DNA of 64,000 nt from Nannocystis pusilla (GTDB lineage: Bacteria; Myxococcota_A; Polyangia; Nannocystales; Nannocystaceae): NCBI RefSeq assembly GCF_051105105.1, contig NZ_CP185339.1; one strand, written 5' to 3'. This document shows positions 49,504-60,524 of this stretch, in pieces (the stretch's first letter is position 1; each line of letters begins with the position of its first letter). The position numbers and the translations under genes were made by a program. The notes below the pieces were generated by a model, which saw nothing but the letters and a program-made list of their open reading frames with translations, was not told the origin of the DNA and did not search any database.

Positions 49504-50796
49504 CTACAGCCGCGTCTCGACCTCGACCACCTCGGGCGGCGTCGCCGTCTGCAAGAACTCGAGCGCCGCCGCGTTGCCGCGCAGGTGGTGGTCGAAGAAC
49601 GCGGCCGCGTAGGCGGCGACGATCGCCCGCGCCTGCAGCGGCTCGAGGTAGACGAACTCGGTGCCGTCGGTCTGGCGCGCGCCGGGGCCGCAGCCGGCGT
49701 CGAACTGCTCCGCCAGGCCGCAGATGTCGGTCGGGCCCCAGTGGCCGACGTCCTTCAGCCGCACCAGGTAGGCCGGCGTGGCCGCGGCGTCGAAGTTGGA
49801 CTCGATGAGCTGGTTGCCGATCTTGCCGATGCTGTTGTCCTCGGCGGCGAGCACGAACAGCTGCGGCTCGTCGATCTCCGCCAGCTTGGTGCCGGAGAAG
49901 ATCGGGTTCTGCACCGGCGCCGCGATCGGCAGCGCCGCCACGATCCGGTCGTCCTCCTGGGCCAGCCGCCCCGCGGTCGCGGCCCCGTAGCTGTGCCCCA
50001 TCGCGCCGATCCGGGCCGGGTCGATCGCGCCGCGGATGGCCTCGGGCACCGCCGAGTTGCCGGCGTCGAGCACCGCGTCGAGCACCGCGCTCTGGTCGGC
50101 CACGCGCACCTGCAAAAACGCCTCGTCGAGCGGCGCCTGCGGCTCGTCGAACAGGGTGTTGCCGGCGTGGTCGGGCGCGACGACCACGAACCCGTGGCTG
50201 GCCAGGTGCTCGGCGATCGTGAACATCGAGAAGCGCACGCACCCGTGGCAGTGCGAGAACATCACGAGCGGATACGGCCCCGTGCCCGCCGACGCGGCGT
50301 CGCGCGCCGAGCGGGTCTGCTCGCGCACGCCGACCTGCCCGTGCTCCGACAGCTTGGCGAGCAGCGCCACCATCATGTCGCGCTGCGGGCCCACCGGCAC
50401 GAACTCGGCGATCGGATGCCCGGCGTCGGCGGCCGCCTGCGCCGAGATGTCGGCCGGGTACCACGCCTCGACCAGCAGGGTGCGATCGCCGGCGACCACC
50501 GAGAACGTGGCGTTGCCGACCGGCGCCCCTCCTGGCGCGTCGTAGTCGTCCTCGGAGCCCTGGCCGGTGGTGGTCGCGTTCGGATCGAGCGTGCCGCCCT
50601 CGGTCGTCCCCACGCCGGTCGTCGGCGTATCCGTCGCCGCCGACGAACCGCCCGGGCCGGGTGGCTCACCGGACGTCGTCGACGAGATCGAAGAATCCGA
50701 GCCGTCGGTGCCGCCGGCGCCGTCACCGGGGCCGGAGGTGGCCGCCGCGGTGCTGCAGGCGGCGAGGAGGAGAGTAAGCGAAGCGAAGCGGCGCAT
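49504..50796 (-). CDS. secreted alpha/beta hydrolase lipoprotein (PAF-acetylhydrolase / dienelactone-hydrolase-like)
   Basis: Lipoprotein signal LTLLLAAC. Nucleophile elbow GHSYG. A Thr/Gly/Ser-rich linker after the signal. Confidence 0.75.
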   Translation of the reverse strand: MRRFASLTLLLAACSTAAATSGPGDGAGGTDGSDSSISSTTSGEPPGPGGSSAATDTPTTGVGTTEGGTLDPNATTTGQGSEDDYDAPGGAPVGNATFSVVAGDRTLLVEAWYPADISAQAAADAGHPIAEFVPVGPQRDMMVALLAKLSEHGQVGVREQTRSARDAASAGTGPYPLVMFSHCHGCVRFSMFTIAEHLASHGFVVVAPDHAGNTLFDEPQAPLDEAFLQVRVADQSAVLDAVLDAGNSAVPEAIRGAIDPARIGAMGHSYGAATAGRLAQEDDRIVAALPIAAPVQNPIFSGTKLAEIDEPQLFVLAAEDNSIGKIGNQLIESNFDAAATPAYLVRLKDVGHWGPTDICGLAEQFDAGCGPGARQTDGTEFVYLEPLQARAIVAAYAAAFFDHHLRGNAAALEFLQTATPPEVVEVETRL

Positions 50797-50805
50797 GCCG
50801 CCGTT

Positions 50806-51711
50806 TTACCCGACCTCGCGGCGCCCCGTGAGGCCCTCGCAGAACCGTTCGACCGCCGCCCCGATCTCCAGGTGGTGCTCGAACAGGCTGGTGTGGGTCC
50901 CGTGGGCCAGGCGGAGCAGCTGGCTGCCCGGGATCGCGCGATGCAGCGGCAGGCCGACCCGGGGCGCCGGCGCGAACACGTCGCGATCACCGGCCACCAC
51001 CAGCGTCGGCACGGCGATCCTCGGCAGCAGGTCGACCGCGCAGTGGCTCTGGGCCGCCAGCGCCATCGCCGCGAGCGTGCCCGGGTCGAGGTCGCGCACG
51101 AAGTGGTCGATGTAAAGCTTCACGTCGGCCGGCGTGGCCGCGGGGCCGATCAGCCCGAGCAGCTGCCCCAGCCGCCGGCTCCCCGGCAGGCCGACGATCG
51201 AGCGCACCCCGCGGAACGCCAGGCGGAACCCCGGCACCGGCAGGCGCGCGATGAGCCCGTGCAGCGCCGGCCCGACCGGACCGAGCGCCGTGTCGAACAC
51301 CCGCCCCGACGGCCCGAGCAGCAGCACCAGCCCCCGCACCCGCGCCGGCGCGGCGCGATAGATCTCGAGCGCCACCTGGCAGCCCATCGAGAAGCCGACC
51401 GGCACCGCCTCCGCCAGCCCCTCGGCGTCGAGGATCGCCAGGGCGTCGCGCGCCAGCGCCGGGATCTCGACGCCCGCGGCCGTGCGGGCCGGGTCGCTGC
51501 GCCCGTGGCCCTTGAGGTCCCACGTGATCACCGTGAACCGCTCGGCCCAGCGCGGCGCCAGGTGGGTCCAGAAGAACCGCGACGTGGTGATGCCATTGCA
51601 CAGCAGCAGCGCCGGCCCCTCGCCCTCGCGGCGGTAGACCACGCGGGTGCCGTCGGCGGCGACGATGGTGCGATCGGGAGCGGTCATGCGCGGCCGCGGC
51701 GAGGATGCCAC
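50806..51711 (-). CDS. alpha/beta-fold hydrolase
   Basis: The nucleophile elbow is GFSMG, with HGRSD after beta-strand 4. A C-terminal His is present. An alternative start exists at 51687. Confidence 0.75.
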   Translation of the reverse strand: MASSPRPRMTAPDRTIVAADGTRVVYRREGEGPALLLCNGITTSRFFWTHLAPRWAERFTVITWDLKGHGRSDPARTAAGVEIPALARDALAILDAEGLAEAVPVGFSMGCQVALEIYRAAPARVRGLVLLLGPSGRVFDTALGPVGPALHGLIARLPVPGFRLAFRGVRSIVGLPGSRRLGQLLGLIGPAATPADVKLYIDHFVRDLDPGTLAAMALAAQSHCAVDLLPRIAVPTLVVAGDRDVFAPAPRVGLPLHRAIPGSQLLRLAHGTHTSLFEHHLEIGAAVERFCEGLTGRREVG

Positions 51712-51825
51712 GACCTCGGCAAAAGAAAACCCGCCGGCCGCGGCAGAGGGGGGAAGGCCGGGCCGGCGGGTCGAGTGGATGTCTTTTCGGTCATGTGCGA
51801 ACGGACACGTGACCTCGCGCCGCGC

Positions 51826-52863
51826 TCACCAGCGGAGCCGCACCAGCCCGTCGCCCGCGCGCACCGCGGGTAGCCCGCTGCTGGCCGGGTCGGCGCCGAG
51901 GAGCGACGACCCGCCGCCCCCGCCGGCCGCGTGGGCCGAGCCGCCGCCGAACCAGCCGCCTCCGCCGCCCGCCACGTGATAGACCCCGCCGCCCCCGCCC
52001 TCGCCGAACCCGCCGGGCTCGCCGGGCGTCGAGCCCTCGGCCCCGCCGTGGCTCTGCGTCCCGCCGCCGGCCGCCTGCCACTCGGGCAGCAGCGCCACCC
52101 CGGGGCCGCCGATCGCAAGCCCGCCCGGGCCGCCTGCGCCGTGGTCCGGGCAGCCGCACTGCCCGCCCCCGCCGCCGGCCGCGACGAAGATCCGATCGTC
52201 GAGCGTCCCGCCGTCCCGGCGCACGTCGCTGGCTCCGCCCCCACCGCCCGCGAACGCGCCGCCGAGGCCGCCGCCGTTGTAGCCCGCCGCGCCCTCGAGC
52301 CCGCCGCGTCCGCCGACGCGGATCTGCAGCGCCTCGCCGGGCTCCACCTCGAGCTCCGCCCGCACGTAGGCGCCGAGCCCTCCGTCCGCCTGATCGATCC
52401 CGTCGCAGCAGCGCGAACCGCCGCCCTGCGCGCCCCACAGCTCGACGGTGAGCCGCGACACGCACTCGGGCACCACGAACGTCTCCGGCGCGCCGGTGAA
52501 TTTGAACTCGCGCGCGCTCCCGTCGGGCGTCGCGCGCGTGCGGTCGACGCAGCGCCCGTCGCAGCGGATCTGGCCGGGCCCGCACTGCGCCTCGCAATAG
52601 CCCGCCGCACACGTGCCGGCGCACACGCGCCCGCAGCCGCCGCAGTGACGCGCGTCGCTCGCGACGTCGACGCACTCGGCCTCGCACACGTCGAGCGCCT
52701 CCGCCTCGCAGGCGAGCGCCAGCGCCTCGTCGGCCTCGGCCCCGGCACCGGCGACCGTGCTCGGCACCGGTCGCAGGTGGCGAGTGTCCGTGATCTCGTC
52801 GCAGCCGCCGGACACGATTGCGAGCATCACCGACACCGTACGCCACCGACCCTCGACGACCAT
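51826..52863 (-). CDS. Cys-rich / glycine-rich secreted protein (Gly_rich PF12810-like), paralog 1
   Basis: N-terminal Cys-rich modules come first. Then FKFTGAPETFVVPECVSRLTVELWGAQGG, followed by long GGxGG tracts. Confidence 0.65.
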   Translation of the reverse strand: MVVEGRWRTVSVMLAIVSGGCDEITDTRHLRPVPSTVAGAGAEADEALALACEAEALDVCEAECVDVASDARHCGGCGRVCAGTCAAGYCEAQCGPGQIRCDGRCVDRTRATPDGSAREFKFTGAPETFVVPECVSRLTVELWGAQGGGSRCCDGIDQADGGLGAYVRAELEVEPGEALQIRVGGRGGLEGAAGYNGGGLGGAFAGGGGGASDVRRDGGTLDDRIFVAAGGGGGQCGCPDHGAGGPGGLAIGGPGVALLPEWQAAGGGTQSHGGAEGSTPGEPGGFGEGGGGGVYHVAGGGGGWFGGGSAHAAGGGGGSSLLGADPASSGLPAVRAGDGLVRLRW

Positions 52864-53082
52864 CTGCGCGGCCTCCCCTGCGACCTGTAGGCATGATGCG
52901 CACGAGGCATCCACGCAAACACCCCTGTGTCGCCAGTCACGAGCGATCGTCATTCACATGTCCATCAAGACATGTCCAAAAGACCATTGTCCCATCACCG
53001 GGTCGTCCACCGCGATGCAGCGCCGTCTCGACGCGGCCCCGCTCGCGACCACGACCTCGCGTCGCGCCAGGCGGACCGCGGC

Positions 53083-53937
53083 TCACCAGTAGATCTGCAC
53101 CGCACCGTCGCCGCGGCGCGCTCCCGCCTCGAACTCCACCTCGTCCGCATCGACGCCGACGTACGACGAACCGCCGCCACCGCCCGCGCCGAAGGCTCCG
53201 CCGCCGCCGTACCAGCCGCCGCCGCCGCCGGCCACGTGATAGCGCGCCGCTCCGCCGCCGAGCCCGAACACGCCGGACTGGCCGGGCGACGAGCCGCCTG
53301 CGCCCCCTGCGTGTTGTCTGCCTCCGCCGCCGGCGTTCCAGTCGGCCTCGCCCACGATCCCGTCGTCGCCGACGAGCCCGCCGCCGTCGCCGCCCGCTCC
53401 GTGGTCCGGAAAGCCGCACGAGCCGCCGCCTCCGCCGCCTACCACCAGCGCGCGATCGATCAAGCTCGCGCCGCCGATCCGGATGTCCGATCCGCCGCCG
53501 CCGCCGCCGGCCCACACGCCGCCGCGTCCGCCTCCGTTCCACCCCGGCGCCCCGTCGATCCCCCCGCGCCCGCCGACCAGCACCAGCAGCACCTCGCCGG
53601 GTCGCACCGGCAGCTCGGCGCGCAGCCAGCCGCCGCGACCGCCGTCCATCTGCACGTCGGGCAGCCCGTGGATCTCGTCGATGCCGCAGCGGCTCGGACC
53701 GCCCTGCGCGCCCCACAGCTCGACCGACAGCGTCGTCACGCACTCCGGCACCACGAACACCTGCGGTCCGCCCGTGAACGCGAACCCGCGCCCGCCCGGA
53801 CCCGCGCACGCCGGCACCCCGTCCGGCACCATCCCGTCGAGCCCCACGATCTCGGGCGCGTGGCAGCCGAGCAGCGCCACGAGCGCCGCGGCCCGGAGTC
53901 CGGGTCCAATGTGTGAGCCGCTCCCCTGCATCGCCAC
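53083..53937 (-). CDS. glycine-rich lipoprotein (Gly_rich PF12810-like), paralog 2
   Basis: Lipobox ALLGC. FAFTGGPQVFVVPECVTTLSVELWGAQGG is followed by Gly tracts. Tandem with paralog 1. Confidence 0.7.
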   Translation of the reverse strand: MAMQGSGSHIGPGLRAAALVALLGCHAPEIVGLDGMVPDGVPACAGPGGRGFAFTGGPQVFVVPECVTTLSVELWGAQGGPSRCGIDEIHGLPDVQMDGGRGGWLRAELPVRPGEVLLVLVGGRGGIDGAPGWNGGGRGGVWAGGGGGGSDIRIGGASLIDRALVVGGGGGGSCGFPDHGAGGDGGGLVGDDGIVGEADWNAGGGGRQHAGGAGGSSPGQSGVFGLGGGAARYHVAGGGGGWYGGGGAFGAGGGGGSSYVGVDADEVEFEAGARRGDGAVQIYW

Positions 53938-53994
53938 CCCTTCCCCAGGGATGCGCGGCGCCGTCCGCGATGCAACCGCCGCCCGTGCTGCGCG

Positions 53995-54195
53995 TCACGC
54001 CTCGCATGATATGATCTCAAGGACATGTCCTATCAGTCAGATCATGAGGACAAAGGCGACGACGCCCGTCCTTCGAGACAGCCCTTCAAGCAGCGCCTGG
54101 CGAGGGTCGCATGCGCCTCGAGACATGCCCCTGAGGCCATATCCCTTCCGACATGCCCTCAAGGACATGCCATCCGGGACATGCCCCTTCATCCG
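53995..54195. repeat. intergenic arrays of GACATGCCC units with about 14-15 bp spacing
   Basis: ctcaaggacatgtcctatcagtcagatcatgaggac. Then gacatgcccctgag/gccatatcccttcc/gacatgccctcaag/gacatgccatccgg/gacatgccccttca. Confidence 0.7.
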
Positions 54196-54217
54196 CACCA
54201 GCAGCGCGCCGACCCGC

Positions 54218-57124
<2,907 letters not shown>

Positions 57125-57217
57125 AAGCCGGCCTGCTGCCGGACGGCGTTCCCGGCGCGGCCGGGTTGCGCGGAAGCGGCAGGGCGGTTAGGGTGCCGCC
57201 CACCCGAAGGAAGCGCT

Positions 57218-57778
57218 GTGAAGCCGATCGAGATCTGTCAACACCTGGGCCAAGGCCACATCGACGCGTACTACGACGAGCTCTCCGGCAAGGAAGTCCG
57301 CGAGGTGCTCAAGGCCGGCGGCTGCAGCGTCAACGTCCCGCCGACCGCGTACACGCAGGCCGCCCGCCGCCGCGCGTGGCGCCGCCGCTTCGACGCCGAG
57401 CTGACCGGCGGCAACGACAACCTCGCGCTCGCGCTCCTGCTCGAGTGGCTCATGCGCCACCACCGCCAGATGCTGGTCGACTACCTCGACTTCCTCGGCG
57501 TGAAGCACACCATGGGCGAGACCGACGAGGATTTCTGCGTCACCAACCCGCCCGAGAAGCTGCGCGAGGGCGTCGCCGAGCTGCTCAAGAAGTACCCGCC
57601 GGCCCACGTCGCCAGCTACCTGCTGCTCGTCGGCCACCTGCAGGACACCCCGGTGTTCGACCAGACCCCCGAGGTCCTCAAGGCCCTCGGCGTCGAGGAC
57701 GCGGCCGCCAGCGAGTACATCGAGAAGCACAAGCAGACCTACAAGCCGCGCATGCGCCAGCAGCAGGCCGCTTCCTGA
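57218..57778 (+). CDS. hypothetical protein
   Basis: GTG start preceded by GAAGGAAG RBS. The frame is clean and matches the in-frame C-terminal end of the 53483..57778 artefact ORF. Confidence 0.55.
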   Translation: MKPIEICQHLGQGHIDAYYDELSGKEVREVLKAGGCSVNVPPTAYTQAARRRAWRRRFDAELTGGNDNLALALLLEWLMRHHRQMLVDYLDFLGVKHTMGETDEDFCVTNPPEKLREGVAELLKKYPPAHVASYLLLVGHLQDTPVFDQTPEVLKALGVEDAAASEYIEKHKQTYKPRMRQQQAAS

Positions 57779-57787
57779 GGTCCCGCC

Positions 57788-58099
57788 GTGGATCGCCTGG
57801 CGATGCTCCGACAGTTCGTGGCCCAAAAGCCAGGTGAGGCGTTCCCGCGCTACGGCCTGGCCATGGAGCTGAAGCGCCGCGGGCAGCTCGCCGAGGCGAT
57901 CGTCGAGTTCCGCGAGCTCATCGCCAAGATCCCCGAGTACGTGCCCGCCTACCTGATGGCCGGCAACACCCTGGTCGAGGCCGGCGACCGCGACGGCGCC
58001 CTGCAGGTCCTCGATCAGGGCGTCCAGGCCGCGCGCGCGGCCGGCGACGCGCACGCGCTCGGCGAGCTCGAATCCGCCCGCACCGCGCTGGAAGGGTGA
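57788..58099 (+). CDS. small TPR-like protein
   Basis: 103 aa. Helical repeats of the form ...AIVEFRELIAKIPEYVPAYLMAGNTLVEAGDRDGA... Confidence 0.55.
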   Translation: MDRLAMLRQFVAQKPGEAFPRYGLAMELKRRGQLAEAIVEFRELIAKIPEYVPAYLMAGNTLVEAGDRDGALQVLDQGVQAARAAGDAHALGELESARTALEG

Positions 58100-59016
58100 G
58101 CGCCACGTCCAGGCTCGCCGACGCCGCCGCGATCGACCTGGTGTTCGCCAGTCCGCGGCGGCTGCCCAAGCCCGCGAACCTGCGCGGCCGCGTGGTCGTG
58201 CTCAACGTCGCCTTCGCGGCCGAGGGCATCGGCAGCGGCTTCGAGAAGATCACGGGCAAGTTCCTCACCGGCCTGGGCGCGCGCCTGGCCCGGTGGGTCG
58301 ACCACCACGATCACGAGCGCCACGCCCAGTTCCGCGGCGACCCGCGCTTCGTGCTCCACACCAAGGCCGAGCACGGCGCCTGCCCCGAGATCATCACGCC
58401 CCAGATGGTCGAAGAGACAGGTCCTGTCGACACCATCGTCGCCCACTTCGACCTCGACGGCCTCTACTCGGCCGCCAAGTGGCTGCTCCGCGGCGTCGAG
58501 CCCTACCCCGGCGCCGACGCCGACGCCCGCGCCGTCGACACCCGGATCGGCGAGGTCGGCCCGATCGGCGCCCTCGTCGACAAGGCGCTGCGGGCCCACT
58601 ACGAGGACACCGTCCTCCTCAACAAGATCGTCCGCTGGCTGGTCGCCGGCCGCCCGCGCGGCGCCGAGCAGGAGGCGATCGCCGCCGCCGCCGCCGACTT
58701 CGACGCCATGGCCGCCGAGGCCGCCGCGCTGGCCCGCGCCTACGTCGTCGAGGACGGCGTCGCCCTCGTGCGCGTGCCCGGCAACGCGCGCTCGTTCGAC
58801 AAGACCGAGCTGCTGCTGCTCGGCCAGGAGCGCGCCCCCGTGGCGGTCGTCATCGACGGCCAGACCCTGAACATCGCCGCCAGCTTCGCCAGCGGCCTCG
58901 ACTTCGTCGCCCTGCTCGGCCTCGGCGGCGGCATGCCGACGCGCGTCAGCGTGCCCGCCTCGCGCCTCGACGACACCCTCGTCAAGATCCGCGCGGCCCT
59001 GCGCGCGCGCGGCTGA
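58096..59016 (+). CDS. hypothetical protein
   Basis: 306 aa ORF. The start overlaps the upstream stop. No recognisable domain. Confidence 0.5.
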   Translation: MSATSRLADAAAIDLVFASPRRLPKPANLRGRVVVLNVAFAAEGIGSGFEKITGKFLTGLGARLARWVDHHDHERHAQFRGDPRFVLHTKAEHGACPEIITPQMVEETGPVDTIVAHFDLDGLYSAAKWLLRGVEPYPGADADARAVDTRIGEVGPIGALVDKALRAHYEDTVLLNKIVRWLVAGRPRGAEQEAIAAAAADFDAMAAEAAALARAYVVEDGVALVRVPGNARSFDKTELLLLGQERAPVAVVIDGQTLNIAASFASGLDFVALLGLGGGMPTRVSVPASRLDDTLVKIRAALRARG

Positions 59017-59043
59017 GCTGCCCCTCGGGACACTGTCGCATTC

Positions 59044-59280
59044 GACATGTCCCGAGAGACATTTTTGTCTCCGGGCGGGTCGGCTGTCCGCCGCGTGCCG
59101 GCGACATGTCCCGAGAGACACTCTCGTCTCGCGCGGTCTCCCGGGCCCTGCACGCGATCAACCTGTCCCGAGAGACACTCTCCGCTCCGGCGGTCACGTG
59201 TCCCGGCGCGCGGGCGCGACATGTCCCGAGAGACATCTCTGTCTCCAGGCCGGCCCTGTCGCCGCTCGCCCGCAGGGGGC
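59044..59280. repeat. higher-order tandem repeat, 4 units of about 58 bp, each built as CGACATGTCCCGAGAGACA-N5-GTCTC...
   Basis: Direct read: cgacatgtcccgagagacatttttgtctcc..., cgacatgtcccgagagacactctcgtctcg..., ctgtcccgagagacactctccgctcc..., cgacatgtcccgagagacatctctgtctcc... Confidence 0.85.
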
Positions 59281-59414
59281 GCTGACGCGCCCTCGTCCCG
59301 CGATCTCGCCCAGATCGAGAGCTCACTGGGTGTTGCAGGTCGGGGACGCAAATAGGACCCTGGCGCCCGCAGTCCGAGTGCCCACCACGGGCCGACCCCC
59401 CAGGAGAATCACAC

Positions 59415-59774
59415 ATGTCGCAACGTCCTCGTCTGTCCCTCCTCGCCGCGCTGACCGCCTTGATGCTCCCCGGCGCCGCCTTCGCCGACTCCAGCGGCAC
59501 GGCCGGCAACGTCGAAGCCGTCACCCTCTACGAGAGCAGCAGCGACAACCACGCCATGTTCAACGGCTCGGTCTCGATCGAGGAGAAGACCGGGCAAAAG
59601 CGCGACTACAAGTGGGGCGGCTCGCTGTGCCCCGGCCGCGAGCTCAGCGCCAACTCGATCAACCTGCTGTTCGAGGCCCTGCGCGCCAGGAAGCAGGTCG
59701 AGGTCACGCCCACCTACAAGGCCGGCAACGGCGGCGAGCGCTGCCTCACCGGCTTCAAGCTCGAGAACCGCTGA
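59415..59774 (+). CDS. small secreted hypothetical protein
   Basis: GGAGAA RBS and a signal peptide (LSLLAALTALMLPGAAFA). 119 aa. Confidence 0.65.
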   Translation: MSQRPRLSLLAALTALMLPGAAFADSSGTAGNVEAVTLYESSSDNHAMFNGSVSIEEKTGQKRDYKWGGSLCPGRELSANSINLLFEALRARKQVEVTPTYKAGNGGERCLTGFKLENR

Positions 59775-59882
59775 GGCCCGGCCGGCCGCCGCCCGTCGTC
59801 ACTCCCCCCGGCGACGCGCGCCGACCGGCAAGCCCCATGTCTCTTCGGCCATGTCCTTCACGACATGGCCGTTCTTACGCGC

Positions 59883-60524
59883 TCACAGCGGCTGCCACTG
59901 CAGCGTCTCGACCGCGATCTCGTAGCCGAACCACCCGTTGACGAGCCGCAGGCGCGACGGCAGCGCGCCGTCCTTCATCCCGCCCTCGTAGGTGACGACG
60001 ATCTCCCCGCCCGGCTTGCCGTCCTTGCGCTCGAAGCGGCGCTCGAGCAGCGCCCCGCCCTGCCACACCTCGGTCACCCGCTCCTCGCCGACCTCGCCGC
60101 GGTGGGTCCCGTCGGCCAGCGGCGCCCCCGGCAGGCCGAGGAACTGCACCCGGTGGACGTCGAGCAGCATGAAGCGGGGCGGGAACGGCAGCTTGCCCTC
60201 GGGCGCGAACACGTCGACCTTGACCTCCGCGCCCTGCTGCTTGGCCACGAACGCCTTGGTAGCGAACGGCGTCAGCCCGATCAGCGTCAGCGCGTCGCCC
60301 TGCTTCTGCAGCACCACCTCGCCGCCGATCTCGCGCCCGCGGGCCGTCCCATGCAACCTCTGCCGGGCCATGAAGTCGGGCCCCGTCAGCGTCGTCGCCA
60401 GCGCCCCCGGGTAGTCGGCCTCCGACAGCTGCGGCGGCGCCGACTCGGCCTCCTGTCCCTTCGCACATGCCCCGAGGAGCATGGCTGCCACGACAGGACC
60501 GAAAGGCCATGCTCTCCGGTTCAT
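59883..60524 (-). CDS. lipoprotein (DUF3261-like), downstream of MMPL exporter
   Basis: Lipobox MLLGAC. 213 aa. Translationally coupled to the MMPL gene, whose stop overlaps its start. Confidence 0.65.
   Translation of the reverse strand: MNRRAWPFGPVVAAMLLGACAKGQEAESAPPQLSEADYPGALATTLTGPDFMARQRLHGTARGREIGGEVVLQKQGDALTLIGLTPFATKAFVAKQQGAEVKVDVFAPEGKLPFPPRFMLLDVHRVQFLGLPGAPLADGTHRGEVGEERVTEVWQGGALLERRFERKDGKPGGEIVVTYEGGMKDGALPSRLRLVNGWFGYEIAVETLQWQPL

Noticed and set aside
1686-54195. Interpreting GGACATGTCC as a functional p53-type response element (it matches RRRCATGYYY exactly)
   Set aside because: This is a eukaryotic transcription-factor consensus with no bacterial counterpart. The match reflects the palindrome's composition. 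It is noted only as a curiosity.
59044-59280. Possible CRISPR array
   Set aside because: The four units are 58-61 bp and share sequence along most of their length. There are no unique spacers, no cas genes and no leader. It is a tandem higher-order repeat of the GACATGTCC family, not a CRISPR array.
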